A stretch of DNA of 64,000 nt from Spirochaetota bacterium (GTDB lineage Bacteria > Spirochaetota > UBA4802 > UBA5550), in NCBI GenBank assembly GCA_036821145.1, contig DAISJZ010000005.1:1029-65028 (forward strand), in the 5' to 3' direction. Positions 55,002 to 63,972 of the stretch are shown here, one piece after another. A program made the translations under genes and the position numbers. Below the pieces are notes generated by a model. It had not been told where the DNA came from. It saw only the letters and a program-made list of their open reading frames with translations, and searched no databases. Position 1 is the stretch's first letter; each line of letters starts with the position of its first letter.

Positions 55002-56165
55002 ATGTTTGATTTAACGGAAGAGCAACTGATGGTACGGAATATGTGCCGTGAATTTGCAGAGAAGGAATTGAGGGAACAGGCTGTGGAAATAGACAGAACA
55101 CACAGATTCCCTCTTGAAACAACAAGAAAATTAGGCGAACTGGGTATCATGGGGGTTGTTTACGATGATAAGTATGGCGGAGCCGGAATGGACTATGTTT
55201 CATATGCCATCGCAGTTGAAGAGATTTCGAGAGTTTGCGCCTCTTCAGGTGTTATTGTATCAGCTCATAATTCATTGTGCGTTTCTCCGATTAACTATTT
55301 CGGAACAGAGGCGCAGAAAGAGAAGTATCTGCCTAAGCTCTGCCGCGGTGAGCATATCGGAGCTTTCGGGCTTACTGAACCGAACGCGGGCTCAGATTCA
55401 GGCGGGACCAAAACCACTGCTGTAAAAGGCGGCAACGGTTACATCGTGAATGGAAGTAAGAACTTTATTACAAACGGCGAGTATGCGGATGTGCATGTGA
55501 CACTTGCTGTTACGGATAAGAATGCAACCAAGAATAAGAATACTTCATTTTTTATTATCGAGAAAGGAGATCCCGGATTCAGCGTGGGAAAAGTTGAGGA
55601 TAAGCTTGGAATATGCGCGTCATCAACTACTGAAATGATTTATGAAGATTGTGATATTCCTGAGGACAGGATGCTTGGAGCGCCGGGTGAGGGCTTCAAG
55701 ATTGCGATGCATACCCTTGACGGCGGGCGTGTCGGTATTGCTGCACAGGCTCTCGGTATTGCGCAGGCGTCACTTGAAGAAGCGGCGAAGTATGCTAATA
55801 TGAGGGAGCAGTTTGGAGCACCTATAGGTAAACTTCAGGCTATACAGTGGATGATTGCAGACATGGCCACAGAGATTGAAGCAGCGAGGCTGCTGGTTTA
55901 TCAGGCGGCAGCTCTTTGTGACAAAAACGGGGCAAATAGAAGGCCTGTGAGTAAATATTCAGCAATGGCTAAACTATACGCTTCAGAATGCGCGCACAGA
56001 TGTTCTCATAAATGTATCCAGATACACGGGGGATACGGCTATGTGAAGGATTATATCGCTGAAAGGCTTTATAGAGATGCAAGGATTACAGAAATATATG
56101 AAGGCACATCGGAAATTCAGAGGCTTGTAGTTGCAACAAGTGTTCTTTCCGAGTTTGCAGAGTAG
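55002..56165 (+). CDS. acyl-CoA dehydrogenase, butyryl-CoA dehydrogenase-like (lineage 1, copy b)
   Basis: 387 aa. The first 103 residues are identical to 46696..47859 and the remainder is highly similar. Confidence 0.92.
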   Translation: MFDLTEEQLMVRNMCREFAEKELREQAVEIDRTHRFPLETTRKLGELGIMGVVYDDKYGGAGMDYVSYAIAVEEISRVCASSGVIVSAHNSLCVSPINYFGTEAQKEKYLPKLCRGEHIGAFGLTEPNAGSDSGGTKTTAVKGGNGYIVNGSKNFITNGEYADVHVTLAVTDKNATKNKNTSFFIIEKGDPGFSVGKVEDKLGICASSTTEMIYEDCDIPEDRMLGAPGEGFKIAMHTLDGGRVGIAAQALGIAQASLEEAAKYANMREQFGAPIGKLQAIQWMIADMATEIEAARLLVYQAAALCDKNGANRRPVSKYSAMAKLYASECAHRCSHKCIQIHGGYGYVKDYIAERLYRDARITEIYEGTSEIQRLVVATSVLSEFAE

Positions 56166-56209
56166 ATGAAATTTCTGCGCTGCCTTCTATGTTTCCGCCG
56201 GGGCATTTT

Positions 56210-56233
56210 CCGGCTGCTGTTTTCGGCAGCCGG
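56210..56233 (+). terminator. GC-rich stem-loop without a T-tract (possible weak terminator or RNA structure)
   Basis: CCGGCTGC-TGTTTTCG-GCAGCCGG, 45 nt after the dehydrogenase stop. No U-run follows it. Confidence 0.35.
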
Positions 56234-56316
56234 GGTGTAACGGCTGCTGAAGATTTAAAAAAACCGGGAAGTTGGGATTGTTGATGCCCGGTTTTAAAAG
56301 GGAACCGGTAGAAGGT

Positions 56317-58125
56317 ATGCGCGGTAATTTGGATATCAATTATGATGTTTTTATTCAGCAGTCAGGGCTTGCGACAGCGGTTCTTGACTCGGAACTGAAG
56401 ATAATCAGATGCAACAGTCAGTTCCTTGATGTCACAGGGCGATCTGAAGATAAAATAATTAATACTTCCTGGCATGATCTTGTTAATTATGATTACCCGT
56501 ATACTCCCGTTGAAAACGGTGAAATATACAGGGATTCCGGTGTAATACCCTCAGGCAAATTCTGGTGCTCCATCAGAAATAAATTTCCGAAAAAAATTAT
56601 TTCAGGAACAGTTTCTTATAATCGCGATGAGGACTGTTATATCACAACAATGTATGATATAACAGATCAGTTACGCCCCGAAAGACTTATCCATGACGGC
56701 GGACTCCTTGTCGGTTCCATTGCTGATAACATGAAGGGCGCAATGGGATTTCATGACAGGGACGGCATTATCCGATTTGCTTCAAAAGAGATCTGCAATA
56801 TGCTTAATGTTGATAAGAGCAGAATTCTTGGAAGGAATATACGGGAATTTTTCGAAGAGGATGTTGTTAATCAGTGGCTCTACTGGTTCCGTAACAGAAC
56901 TGATGAACTTCCCAAGTACCTTGAATTTAACAGTTCGAAGAGAGATGACAAAGTTTTTCACGCTATCGCAACACCTAAAATTTTTTATGACATGAACCGC
57001 AATGTGTCAGGATGCATGTTTATTTTTTCTGATATCACCGAACTTAAAATTGCAGAACAGCAGCTGCGGATATCAGATGAAAAATATTCAAAAGCGTTTT
57101 ACGCGAGCCCGGCTCCAAGTTCCATAACAACACTGAATGAAGGACGTTATGTGGACATCAATGAAAGCTATCTTAAACTTGTAGGTTATTCGAAAGAAGA
57201 ACTTATAGGAAAAACTACAACAGAAATCGATTTTTTTACCGATTCGGAGGACAGGGCAAAATTCGTCAGTGAACTTATGGCGGATGGAAAACTGAGAGAT
57301 TATGAAACCCAGATGTATTCCCGTGTCAAGGGTATCAGGAGGTTTTCTCTTTCCGCGGAAATTATTGAACTTCAGGGGGAAAAGTGTATCATCTGGGCCG
57401 GTTATGATGTTACTGAGCAGATCCGTCTTGAGAGAGAAATTCTCACTGCATCAGGAAGAGAGAGATATCGCATTGGGCAGTATCTTCATGATGATCTTGC
57501 TCAGCACATAGTTGGGATAGATGCACTGTGTTCATTACTGAGAAACCGGCTGCGTCATCAATGTAATCCTGATGTGCGGCTGGCTGAGGAGATACAGGGC
57601 CTTGTGAAAGGTGCGCATGAAAAAACCCGGGCTCTGTCCAGGGGGTTATGCCCGCTGAGGCTTGAAGAGAATGGACTGAGTTCCGGTATAAGTGAACTGG
57701 CAGCATCAGTGGAAAAGATGTACGGGATCGATTGTGAATTCAGAAATTATAATACAGATGTCATGATATACAACAGTCAGATTGCTATTAACATGTATTA
57801 CATAGTGCAGGAAGCTGTTACCAACGGAATAAAGCACGGGAAAGCGGATCTTATAGTAATCACTTATTCTTCAAATGAAGAGAATATTTATCTTTGCATC
57901 GAAGATAATGGAACAGGTTTTAATGTTTCATCAGGAGAGTCTACCGGCATCGGTCTTGCAATTATGAAGTACAGGGCAAGGGCAATCGGCGGTTCTCTTG
58001 AGATAGGGATAAATGCCGGCGGCGGAACTTATGTAGTTATTAAATTCCCCAGAGCGAATAATAGAAAAATAGAATGGGACTGGAAAGCAAAAAGTTATGA
58101 AGAAATCAAGGATACTTATTGTTGA
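56317..58125 (+). CDS. soluble multi-PAS sensor histidine kinase (HisKA_3 type), paralogue 3
   Basis: Collinear with the other two kinases. The start at MRGNLDINYDVFIQQSGLA (56317) is chosen by N-terminal alignment with the paralogues. The track offers 56272 (TTG), and an ATG at 56284 is also possible. Confidence 0.88.
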   Translation: MRGNLDINYDVFIQQSGLATAVLDSELKIIRCNSQFLDVTGRSEDKIINTSWHDLVNYDYPYTPVENGEIYRDSGVIPSGKFWCSIRNKFPKKIISGTVSYNRDEDCYITTMYDITDQLRPERLIHDGGLLVGSIADNMKGAMGFHDRDGIIRFASKEICNMLNVDKSRILGRNIREFFEEDVVNQWLYWFRNRTDELPKYLEFNSSKRDDKVFHAIATPKIFYDMNRNVSGCMFIFSDITELKIAEQQLRISDEKYSKAFYASPAPSSITTLNEGRYVDINESYLKLVGYSKEELIGKTTTEIDFFTDSEDRAKFVSELMADGKLRDYETQMYSRVKGIRRFSLSAEIIELQGEKCIIWAGYDVTEQIRLEREILTASGRERYRIGQYLHDDLAQHIVGIDALCSLLRNRLRHQCNPDVRLAEEIQGLVKGAHEKTRALSRGLCPLRLEENGLSSGISELAASVEKMYGIDCEFRNYNTDVMIYNSQIAINMYYIVQEAVTNGIKHGKADLIVITYSSNEENIYLCIEDNGTGFNVSSGESTGIGLAIMKYRARAIGGSLEIGINAGGGTYVVIKFPRANNRKIEWDWKAKSYEEIKDTYC

Positions 58126-58789
58126 TGATCACCCTATATTCAGGAAAGGGCTGGGTCAGCTGATCAATGAAGAAGTGGATTTGGAGGTCTGCGGAGAAGC
58201 TGAAGATTTTTTTTCAGCTATTCAGAAAATAAAAAATCTTAAACCGGATCTGGCCATTGTGGATATAACACTTAAAGATACAAGCGGTCTGGAGCTGATT
58301 AAGTATATAATGGATAACGGGATTAATATCCCGACTCTGGTGCTGTCAATGCATGATGAAAAAATTTTTGCAGAGCGGGCACTGAAGAGCGGGGCAAAAG
58401 GATATATTATGAAACAGGAGATGTCTGATAATGTTACAGTAGCTATACGACAGCTCCTCGCAGGTAAAATATATATAAGCGAAGCTATGAACGAAAGGAT
58501 GCTCAATAATTTTCTGGGGAGAGGAGGTGATTCAGGAACAAAAAGCAGCGTGCCGGATCCCGCGAAGCTTCTTACAGGGCGGGAGCTTGAAATTTTCAGG
58601 CTTATGGGGCGCGGGTATAAACGTAATGAAATCGGAAGAGCTTTGAATCTTAATGTTAACACAATCGGGACTTACCGGGAGAGAATTAAGGAAAAACTTG
58701 ATTTGAACTCATCAGTTGACCTTCTTGCACAGGCAATAATGTGGGTAAGAAATACTGAGGAGAGAGAAATAATCGCTGAGCATGAGTGA
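58097..58789 (+). CDS. LuxR/NarL-family response regulator, paralogue 3
   Basis: Blocks ILIVDDHPIFRKGL, PTLVLSMHDEKIFAERALKSGAKGYIMKQEM and LNLNVNTIGTYRERIKEKL. It overlaps the kinase gene by 29 nt. Confidence 0.9.
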   Translation: MKKSRILIVDDHPIFRKGLGQLINEEVDLEVCGEAEDFFSAIQKIKNLKPDLAIVDITLKDTSGLELIKYIMDNGINIPTLVLSMHDEKIFAERALKSGAKGYIMKQEMSDNVTVAIRQLLAGKIYISEAMNERMLNNFLGRGGDSGTKSSVPDPAKLLTGRELEIFRLMGRGYKRNEIGRALNLNVNTIGTYRERIKEKLDLNSSVDLLAQAIMWVRNTEEREIIAEHE

Positions 58790-58852
58790 AATAAAATCAT
58801 TCGTAACCGGCGTTAGTAATAAACATAGAAAAAAATTTCTGGAGGCTAAAAA

Positions 58853-60202
58853 ATGTCTACTATCTGGCGTAATCATTATCAGGATAAACTGAAAAGTGCT
58901 GATGAAGCTGCTAAGGTTGTTAAATCAGGTGATGTGGTGTTCATGGGAGAGTTTATTCAGGGAGTTGATGCTCTTGATGCTGCTCTTGCAAAAAGAAAGG
59001 AGGATCTGAAAGATGTTATCCTCATTACAACGACAAGGGCAAAACCGCTTAAGTGTGTTGAGGCTGACCCGAAACGTGAAGCTTTTACCTGGGAGGACTG
59101 GCATTTCTCCGGTATGGCGAGGAAGTATTTTGATCAGGGGCTTGTAAACTATATTCCGTTCACCTATCATCAGGGGCCGAGAATAATTGTTAAGTACGGT
59201 AAGGTGGATGTTGTTTTTATCCAGGTAACTCCGATGGATGATAAAGGTTTTTTTAATTTATCAACCTCAAACTCGCTTGGCTATGCGTACTGTAAAAAAG
59301 CATCTAAAGTTATAGTTGAGATTAATACAACAATACCAAGATGTCTCGGCGGAGCATCCGAATCAATACATATCTCCGAAATTGATATGATTGTTGAAGG
59401 GCCAAACACACCTCTGATTGAGTTACCTGCAGCAAAGGCAACAGAAGCAGATAAAGGTATTGCAAAACACGTAATGACACTTATAGAGGACGGAGCCACA
59501 CTGCAGCTTGGGATCGGCGGTCTTCCAAACATTGTGGGTTCAATGATAGCCCAAAGTGATCTTAAAGACCTTGGTGTACACACGGAGATGCTTGCTGACT
59601 CATACGTGGATATGTATGAATCAGGAAAAATTTCAGGGAGAAGAAAAGTTATAGATAAAGGGAAGATGGTTTACACATTCGCTATGGGTTCAAAGAAACT
59701 GTATGAGTTTCTTGATAACAATCCGATTTGTGCATCATATCCCGTGAGCTATACAAATGATCCTCGTGTTATAAGCGTGAATGATAAAGTAATGGCAATA
59801 AATAACGCGATAGAAGTAGATCTTTATTCACAGGTATCATCGGAATCAAGCGGTTCAAGACATATAACAGGAACAGGGGGGCAGCTTGATTTTATATTTG
59901 GAGCATTTCAGTCAAGGGGCGGAAAAGGTCTTATATGCATAAGTTCCACTTTTACTGATAAAGAGGGGAATCTTCAGTCAAGAATAGTACCAACACTCGC
60001 TCCTGGGACAATAGTTACATGTCCAAGGTCAATTGTTCACTACATAGTAACAGAGAACGGTATAGCCCAGATGAAAGGCAAGTCAACATGGGAAAGAGCT
60101 GAAGCACTTATAGAGATAGCACATCCGCAGTTTAAAGATGAGCTTATTAAAGAAGCGCAGAAGCTTAATATCTGGAGAAAGAGCAGCAAGCTCGCTGTAT
60201 AA
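58853..60202 (+). CDS. acetyl-CoA hydrolase/transferase-family CoA-transferase, copy 2
   Basis: 449 aa, collinear with and highly similar to 51892..53241. It starts 63 nt after the response-regulator stop. Confidence 0.85.
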   Translation: MSTIWRNHYQDKLKSADEAAKVVKSGDVVFMGEFIQGVDALDAALAKRKEDLKDVILITTTRAKPLKCVEADPKREAFTWEDWHFSGMARKYFDQGLVNYIPFTYHQGPRIIVKYGKVDVVFIQVTPMDDKGFFNLSTSNSLGYAYCKKASKVIVEINTTIPRCLGGASESIHISEIDMIVEGPNTPLIELPAAKATEADKGIAKHVMTLIEDGATLQLGIGGLPNIVGSMIAQSDLKDLGVHTEMLADSYVDMYESGKISGRRKVIDKGKMVYTFAMGSKKLYEFLDNNPICASYPVSYTNDPRVISVNDKVMAINNAIEVDLYSQVSSESSGSRHITGTGGQLDFIFGAFQSRGGKGLICISSTFTDKEGNLQSRIVPTLAPGTIVTCPRSIVHYIVTENGIAQMKGKSTWERAEALIEIAHPQFKDELIKEAQKLNIWRKSSKLAV

Positions 60203-60221
60203 TTAAAATACTTATTATTAC

Positions 60222-60258
60222 CATGAAAAAGCCGTCTGTACCAGGCGGCTTTTTCATG
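60222..60258 (+). terminator. rho-independent terminator after CoA-transferase copy 2
   Basis: GAAAAAGCCG ... CGGCTTTTTC stem with a T-rich 3' arm. Confidence 0.78.
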
Positions 60259-60300
60259 TACATGTAAGATTATTACAGGCTGGTTTCAATTATGTATTGA

Positions 60301-60335
60301 ATAAAAAATCCCCCCGGTAAATATCCGGAGGGATT
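60301..60335 (-). terminator. rho-independent terminator of the thiolase/dehydrogenase minus-strand operon
   Basis: AATCCCCCCGG ... CCGGAGGGATT imperfect stem. On the minus strand it is followed by TTTTTTAT. Confidence 0.65.
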
Positions 60336-60385
60336 TATATATATCAGAAACCGCCGTTAAACGGCTGCTGTGTGTAAATTAATTC

Positions 60386-61579
60386 TTAGAATGTATATGT
60401 ATACTTACCGTCTTTTGTAAGATATTTACCTATAACCATTCTTTGAACCTGTACAGTCCCTTCGAAGATCTGCATGATTTTTGCGTCTCTCATGAATTTT
60501 TCAACAGGATATTCTTTTACATATCCGTATCCGCCGAAAATCTGAACAGCATCAACTGCGTTTTTCATGGCGCAATCTGCAGCATACATTTTAGCCATAT
60601 TGGAAAGCATTTTAAACGGGAGGCCGTTATCCTGCGCCCACGCCGCCTTCTGATACAGAAGTCTTGATGCTTCAGTAGTGGTAGCCATATCTGCAAGCAT
60701 AAATTGTATCGCCTGAAATGAAGAGATCGGTTTTCCGAACTGTTTTCTTTCATTAGCATATTCAATAGCAGCATTTAATGCTCCAGTTGAAATACCTGCT
60801 GCCATAGCAGCGATGGCTGTTCTTGAGTAATCAAGAGTTTCCATAAGTATCGGTGTGCCTTTCCCTTCTGCTCCGAGACACATCCAGCCTGGAACTCTTA
60901 CATCGTCAAAAATAACCTCAGTTGTACTTGTTGTCCTTATACCGAGTTTTTCCTCTTTTTTTCCGATTTTAACACCGGGGAAGTCTTTGTCTACCATGAA
61001 GCAGCATATACCCTTATTGCCAAGGGTTCTGTCTGTTGTTGCAAAAACAGTAAACTGTTTCGCAAATCCGCCGTTGGTTATAAACTGTTTAGTTCCGTTA
61101 AGAATCCAGTCATTTCCGTCTTTTGTACATTTTGTTGACATGCCGAGAGCGTCTGAACCTGCGCCTGGTTCAGTTAAACAGAAGCCGCACATTGCTCCTT
61201 CCATCATCCTTCCAAACCACCATTTCTTCTGCTCATCGTTTGCGCCGATCATAACAGGGTCAGTAGCAAGAAGAGAAGAGGCAACAACAGTTGTTGCTAT
61301 ACCTGCATCTCTCTGTGCGAGTTCATCAACTACTGTATATCTTGTAAAATTATCGAGACCCTGGCCGTCATATTCTGCCGGAACTCCAATATTTGTTAAA
61401 CCAAGATCGTGCATTTTTTTAAGAACATCCATTGGAACATGATCGTTAATATCCCATTCACCGGCAAAGGGTTTAATTTCTTTGTCAGCAAATTCCGCTG
61501 TCATCTGCCTGATCATTTCCTGTTCTTCGGTAAGTTTGAAACCGAAACTGCTTTCCTGTCCGCTTATTACTGTATTCAT
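60386..61579 (-). CDS. acyl-CoA dehydrogenase (lineage 2, copy b)
   Basis: 397 aa, collinear with and highly similar to 53443..54645. It has a strong RBS (AGGAGG) and lies 22 nt downstream of the thiolase gene. Confidence 0.9.
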   Translation of the reverse strand: MNTVISGQESSFGFKLTEEQEMIRQMTAEFADKEIKPFAGEWDINDHVPMDVLKKMHDLGLTNIGVPAEYDGQGLDNFTRYTVVDELAQRDAGIATTVVASSLLATDPVMIGANDEQKKWWFGRMMEGAMCGFCLTEPGAGSDALGMSTKCTKDGNDWILNGTKQFITNGGFAKQFTVFATTDRTLGNKGICCFMVDKDFPGVKIGKKEEKLGIRTTSTTEVIFDDVRVPGWMCLGAEGKGTPILMETLDYSRTAIAAMAAGISTGALNAAIEYANERKQFGKPISSFQAIQFMLADMATTTEASRLLYQKAAWAQDNGLPFKMLSNMAKMYAADCAMKNAVDAVQIFGGYGYVKEYPVEKFMRDAKIMQIFEGTVQVQRMVIGKYLTKDGKYTYTF

Positions 61580-61601
61580 TTTTGTCCTCCTTTCTGCCTG
61601 T

Positions 61602-62804
61602 TTATATTTTTGTTGTCCAGAGTGATGCCATTGCCGGGCCTGTTCCTACGCATAGAGAAGCACCGCCATTTGAGTAGCCCTTTCTTTTCATTTCATAAAG
61701 AAGTGTTACAATAATTCTGATCCCTGTACATCCAATGGGGTGACCTAATGCAATACCTGATCCGTAATGGTTAACATTATCGCGTGAAATTTCGATATTG
61801 TAGTCTTTTTTCAGTTTTCTTTCGCATCCAATAAACTGCGGAGCGAACGCTTCGTTGATTTCCCAGTAATCGATATCAGATGCTTTAAGGCCGGCTTCAT
61901 TCAGGCACTGAGGTATTGCAACTGCAGGACCGATCCCCATAACTTGCGGGTCAACTCCTACGTCAACTATGTTAATAAGTTTGGCGAGAGGTTTGAGGCC
62001 TAATTCCTCAGCTTTCTTTTTAGACATAAGAACAAGTGCTGCGGCTCCATCATTAATTCCTGAAGCATTTGCTGCAGTAACAACTCCACCGTCAGGTTTA
62101 AAAGCAGGTTTTAATTTACTCATAGCTTCAAGGTTTGCATCTGGTATAAAGTGTTCGTCTTTGGAAAAGTATGTTGTACCTTTTTTGCTTTTAATTTCAA
62201 CGGGTATTATTTCCTCATCGAAAACCCCTGAATTAACTGCATTTGCCGCTCTCTGATGACTCATTAATGCAAGCTGATCGCATTCTTCCCTGGTGATGTT
62301 ATACTCTTTTGCGACATTTTCTGCAGTGAGGCCCATGTGTCCGGGAACAAGCGCATCATAAAGAGCATCATGTAAAAGAGCATCAACAAGTTCTCCGCTC
62401 CCCATTCTGTATCCGGTTCGTCCATTCGGAATCATGTATGGGACACGGGTCATGTTCTCAACTCCGACTGTCAGTGCTATTTCAGTTTTACCAAGCATTA
62501 TTTTATGTGCAGCAATTTCAACGGCCCGCATAGCTGATGAACAGTTCTGGTTTACAACCATAGCAGCGCTTCTGTGGGGGAGCCCGCAAGCAAGACCTAC
62601 AGCCCTGGCCGGGAGAGAATCCTGCATATGCTGATAAACCTGTCCCATAACAATTTCATCTATTGTTGAAGGATCAACTCCTGCTCTTTTTATAGCCTCT
62701 TTTCCAACTGTTACGGCGAGATGTCTGGCTGTAACATCCTTTAAACTGCCAAGAAATTTTCCTATTGGTGTTCTACACGCTCCAACAACTACTACTTCGT
62801 TCAT
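61602..62804 (-). CDS. acetyl-CoA C-acyltransferase (thiolase) of conventional length, no insertion
   Basis: MNEVVVVGACRTPIGKF start with GGAGG 7 nt upstream; the track ORF extends to 62864. Motifs: NQNCSSAMRA, NASGINDGAAA, GHPIGCTGIR, CVGTGPAMA. Confidence 0.9.
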   Translation of the reverse strand: MNEVVVVGACRTPIGKFLGSLKDVTARHLAVTVGKEAIKRAGVDPSTIDEIVMGQVYQHMQDSLPARAVGLACGLPHRSAAMVVNQNCSSAMRAVEIAAHKIMLGKTEIALTVGVENMTRVPYMIPNGRTGYRMGSGELVDALLHDALYDALVPGHMGLTAENVAKEYNITREECDQLALMSHQRAANAVNSGVFDEEIIPVEIKSKKGTTYFSKDEHFIPDANLEAMSKLKPAFKPDGGVVTAANASGINDGAAALVLMSKKKAEELGLKPLAKLINIVDVGVDPQVMGIGPAVAIPQCLNEAGLKASDIDYWEINEAFAPQFIGCERKLKKDYNIEISRDNVNHYGSGIALGHPIGCTGIRIIVTLLYEMKRKGYSNGGASLCVGTGPAMASLWTTKI

Positions 62805-63174
62805 ACAGAGCCTCCGTAAATTTTTAAAGTACACCGGAAATTTTTTACCTTCTTTCTGAGGCATAAGCCTTCATGCTGAATTCTGTCAACATATAAAAAT
62901 TTTTTAGATAAAAAAATATAACACTTGTTATGTTATGGTGATTATTTTGTGGTTAGACCGATTATTGGTGTAATTAAAAAAGCTACAAAATTAAATTGGG
63001 CTGTAGTTATTAAAGGTATAAAACGTTACTATAAAAAAAATTAATGTAACCACGTTAGTAAAGACGAAGGGGTTATTGTAATAAATTTAATAATAGTTTA
63101 TTTCTTGAATCAACACCGGATACCTTCCCGTTTAACTCGTTAAACGGATTAATTAAAATAGCGTGAGGCTGATT

Positions 63175-63972
63175 ATGAATATGAAAGCTGAAGTGCAATT
63201 CGAAAACCTGAAGTACAGAAAAGAGGGACATATCGGCATACTTACATTGTCAAGACCGAAGTCTCTTAATGCTCTCAACGCGAAACTTCTCCATGAACTT
63301 GGAGATGCAGTAGACATGATCAATTCTGATGAAAGCGTTCATGTGCTTATTATTACGGGTGACGGCAAAGCATTTGTTGCCGGAGCTGATATCCCGGAAA
63401 TGAAGGATTATAATAGTGAAGAGGGCCGTGAATGGGGCGAACTAGGTTCTTCTGTTTTTAAAAAAATTGAACTTATGAAAATCCCGACCATTGCGGCAGT
63501 GAATGGATTTGCCCTTGGAGGCGGATGTGAACTGGCAATGAGCTGTGATATCAGGATCGCAAGCGATAACGCTAAGTTCGGGCAGCCTGAAGTGGGACTT
63601 GGAATAACACCGGGTTATTCAGGTTGTGTAAGGCTTCCAAGACTTATAGGCCCGGCAAAGGCTAAGGAACTTATTTTTACAGGTGATTATATTTCTGCAT
63701 CAGAAGCCGAGAGACTTGGCCTTGTTAACAAAGTAGTATCCGTAGAGGAGCTTATGAATGTTGCAATTGAACTTGCAGGAAAAATTTCATCTAAAGCACA
63801 GATTGCTGTCAGATATTCAAAGCTCGCAATAAACAAGGGAATAGAAACTGATATTAACACCGCAATTGCCTTCGAAAACCAGATCTTTGCACTCTGTTTT
63901 GCAACAGAAGACCAGAAGGAAGGGATGAATGCTTTTGTTGAAAAAAGAAGCCCTCATTTCAAAACAAAATAA
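63175..63972 (+). CDS. short-chain enoyl-CoA hydratase (crotonase), copy 2
   Basis: Highly similar to 42986..43768 (GDGKAFVAGADIPEM, AAVNGFALGGGCELAMSCDIRIAS, EDQKEGMNAFVEKR). I prefer the ATG at 63175, preceded by GTGAGG, over the GTG at 63163. Confidence 0.9.
   Translation: MNMKAEVQFENLKYRKEGHIGILTLSRPKSLNALNAKLLHELGDAVDMINSDESVHVLIITGDGKAFVAGADIPEMKDYNSEEGREWGELGSSVFKKIELMKIPTIAAVNGFALGGGCELAMSCDIRIASDNAKFGQPEVGLGITPGYSGCVRLPRLIGPAKAKELIFTGDYISASEAERLGLVNKVVSVEELMNVAIELAGKISSKAQIAVRYSKLAINKGIETDINTAIAFENQIFALCFATEDQKEGMNAFVEKRSPHFKTK

Larger units (their letters stand above)
56317..61579. repeat. diverged segmental duplication unit B (kinase - regulator - CoA-transferase - reverse acyl-CoA dehydrogenase)
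   Basis: Partner of unit A, about 6.9 kb downstream. Acyl-CoA dehydrogenase 1b lies between the units. Confidence 0.7.
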
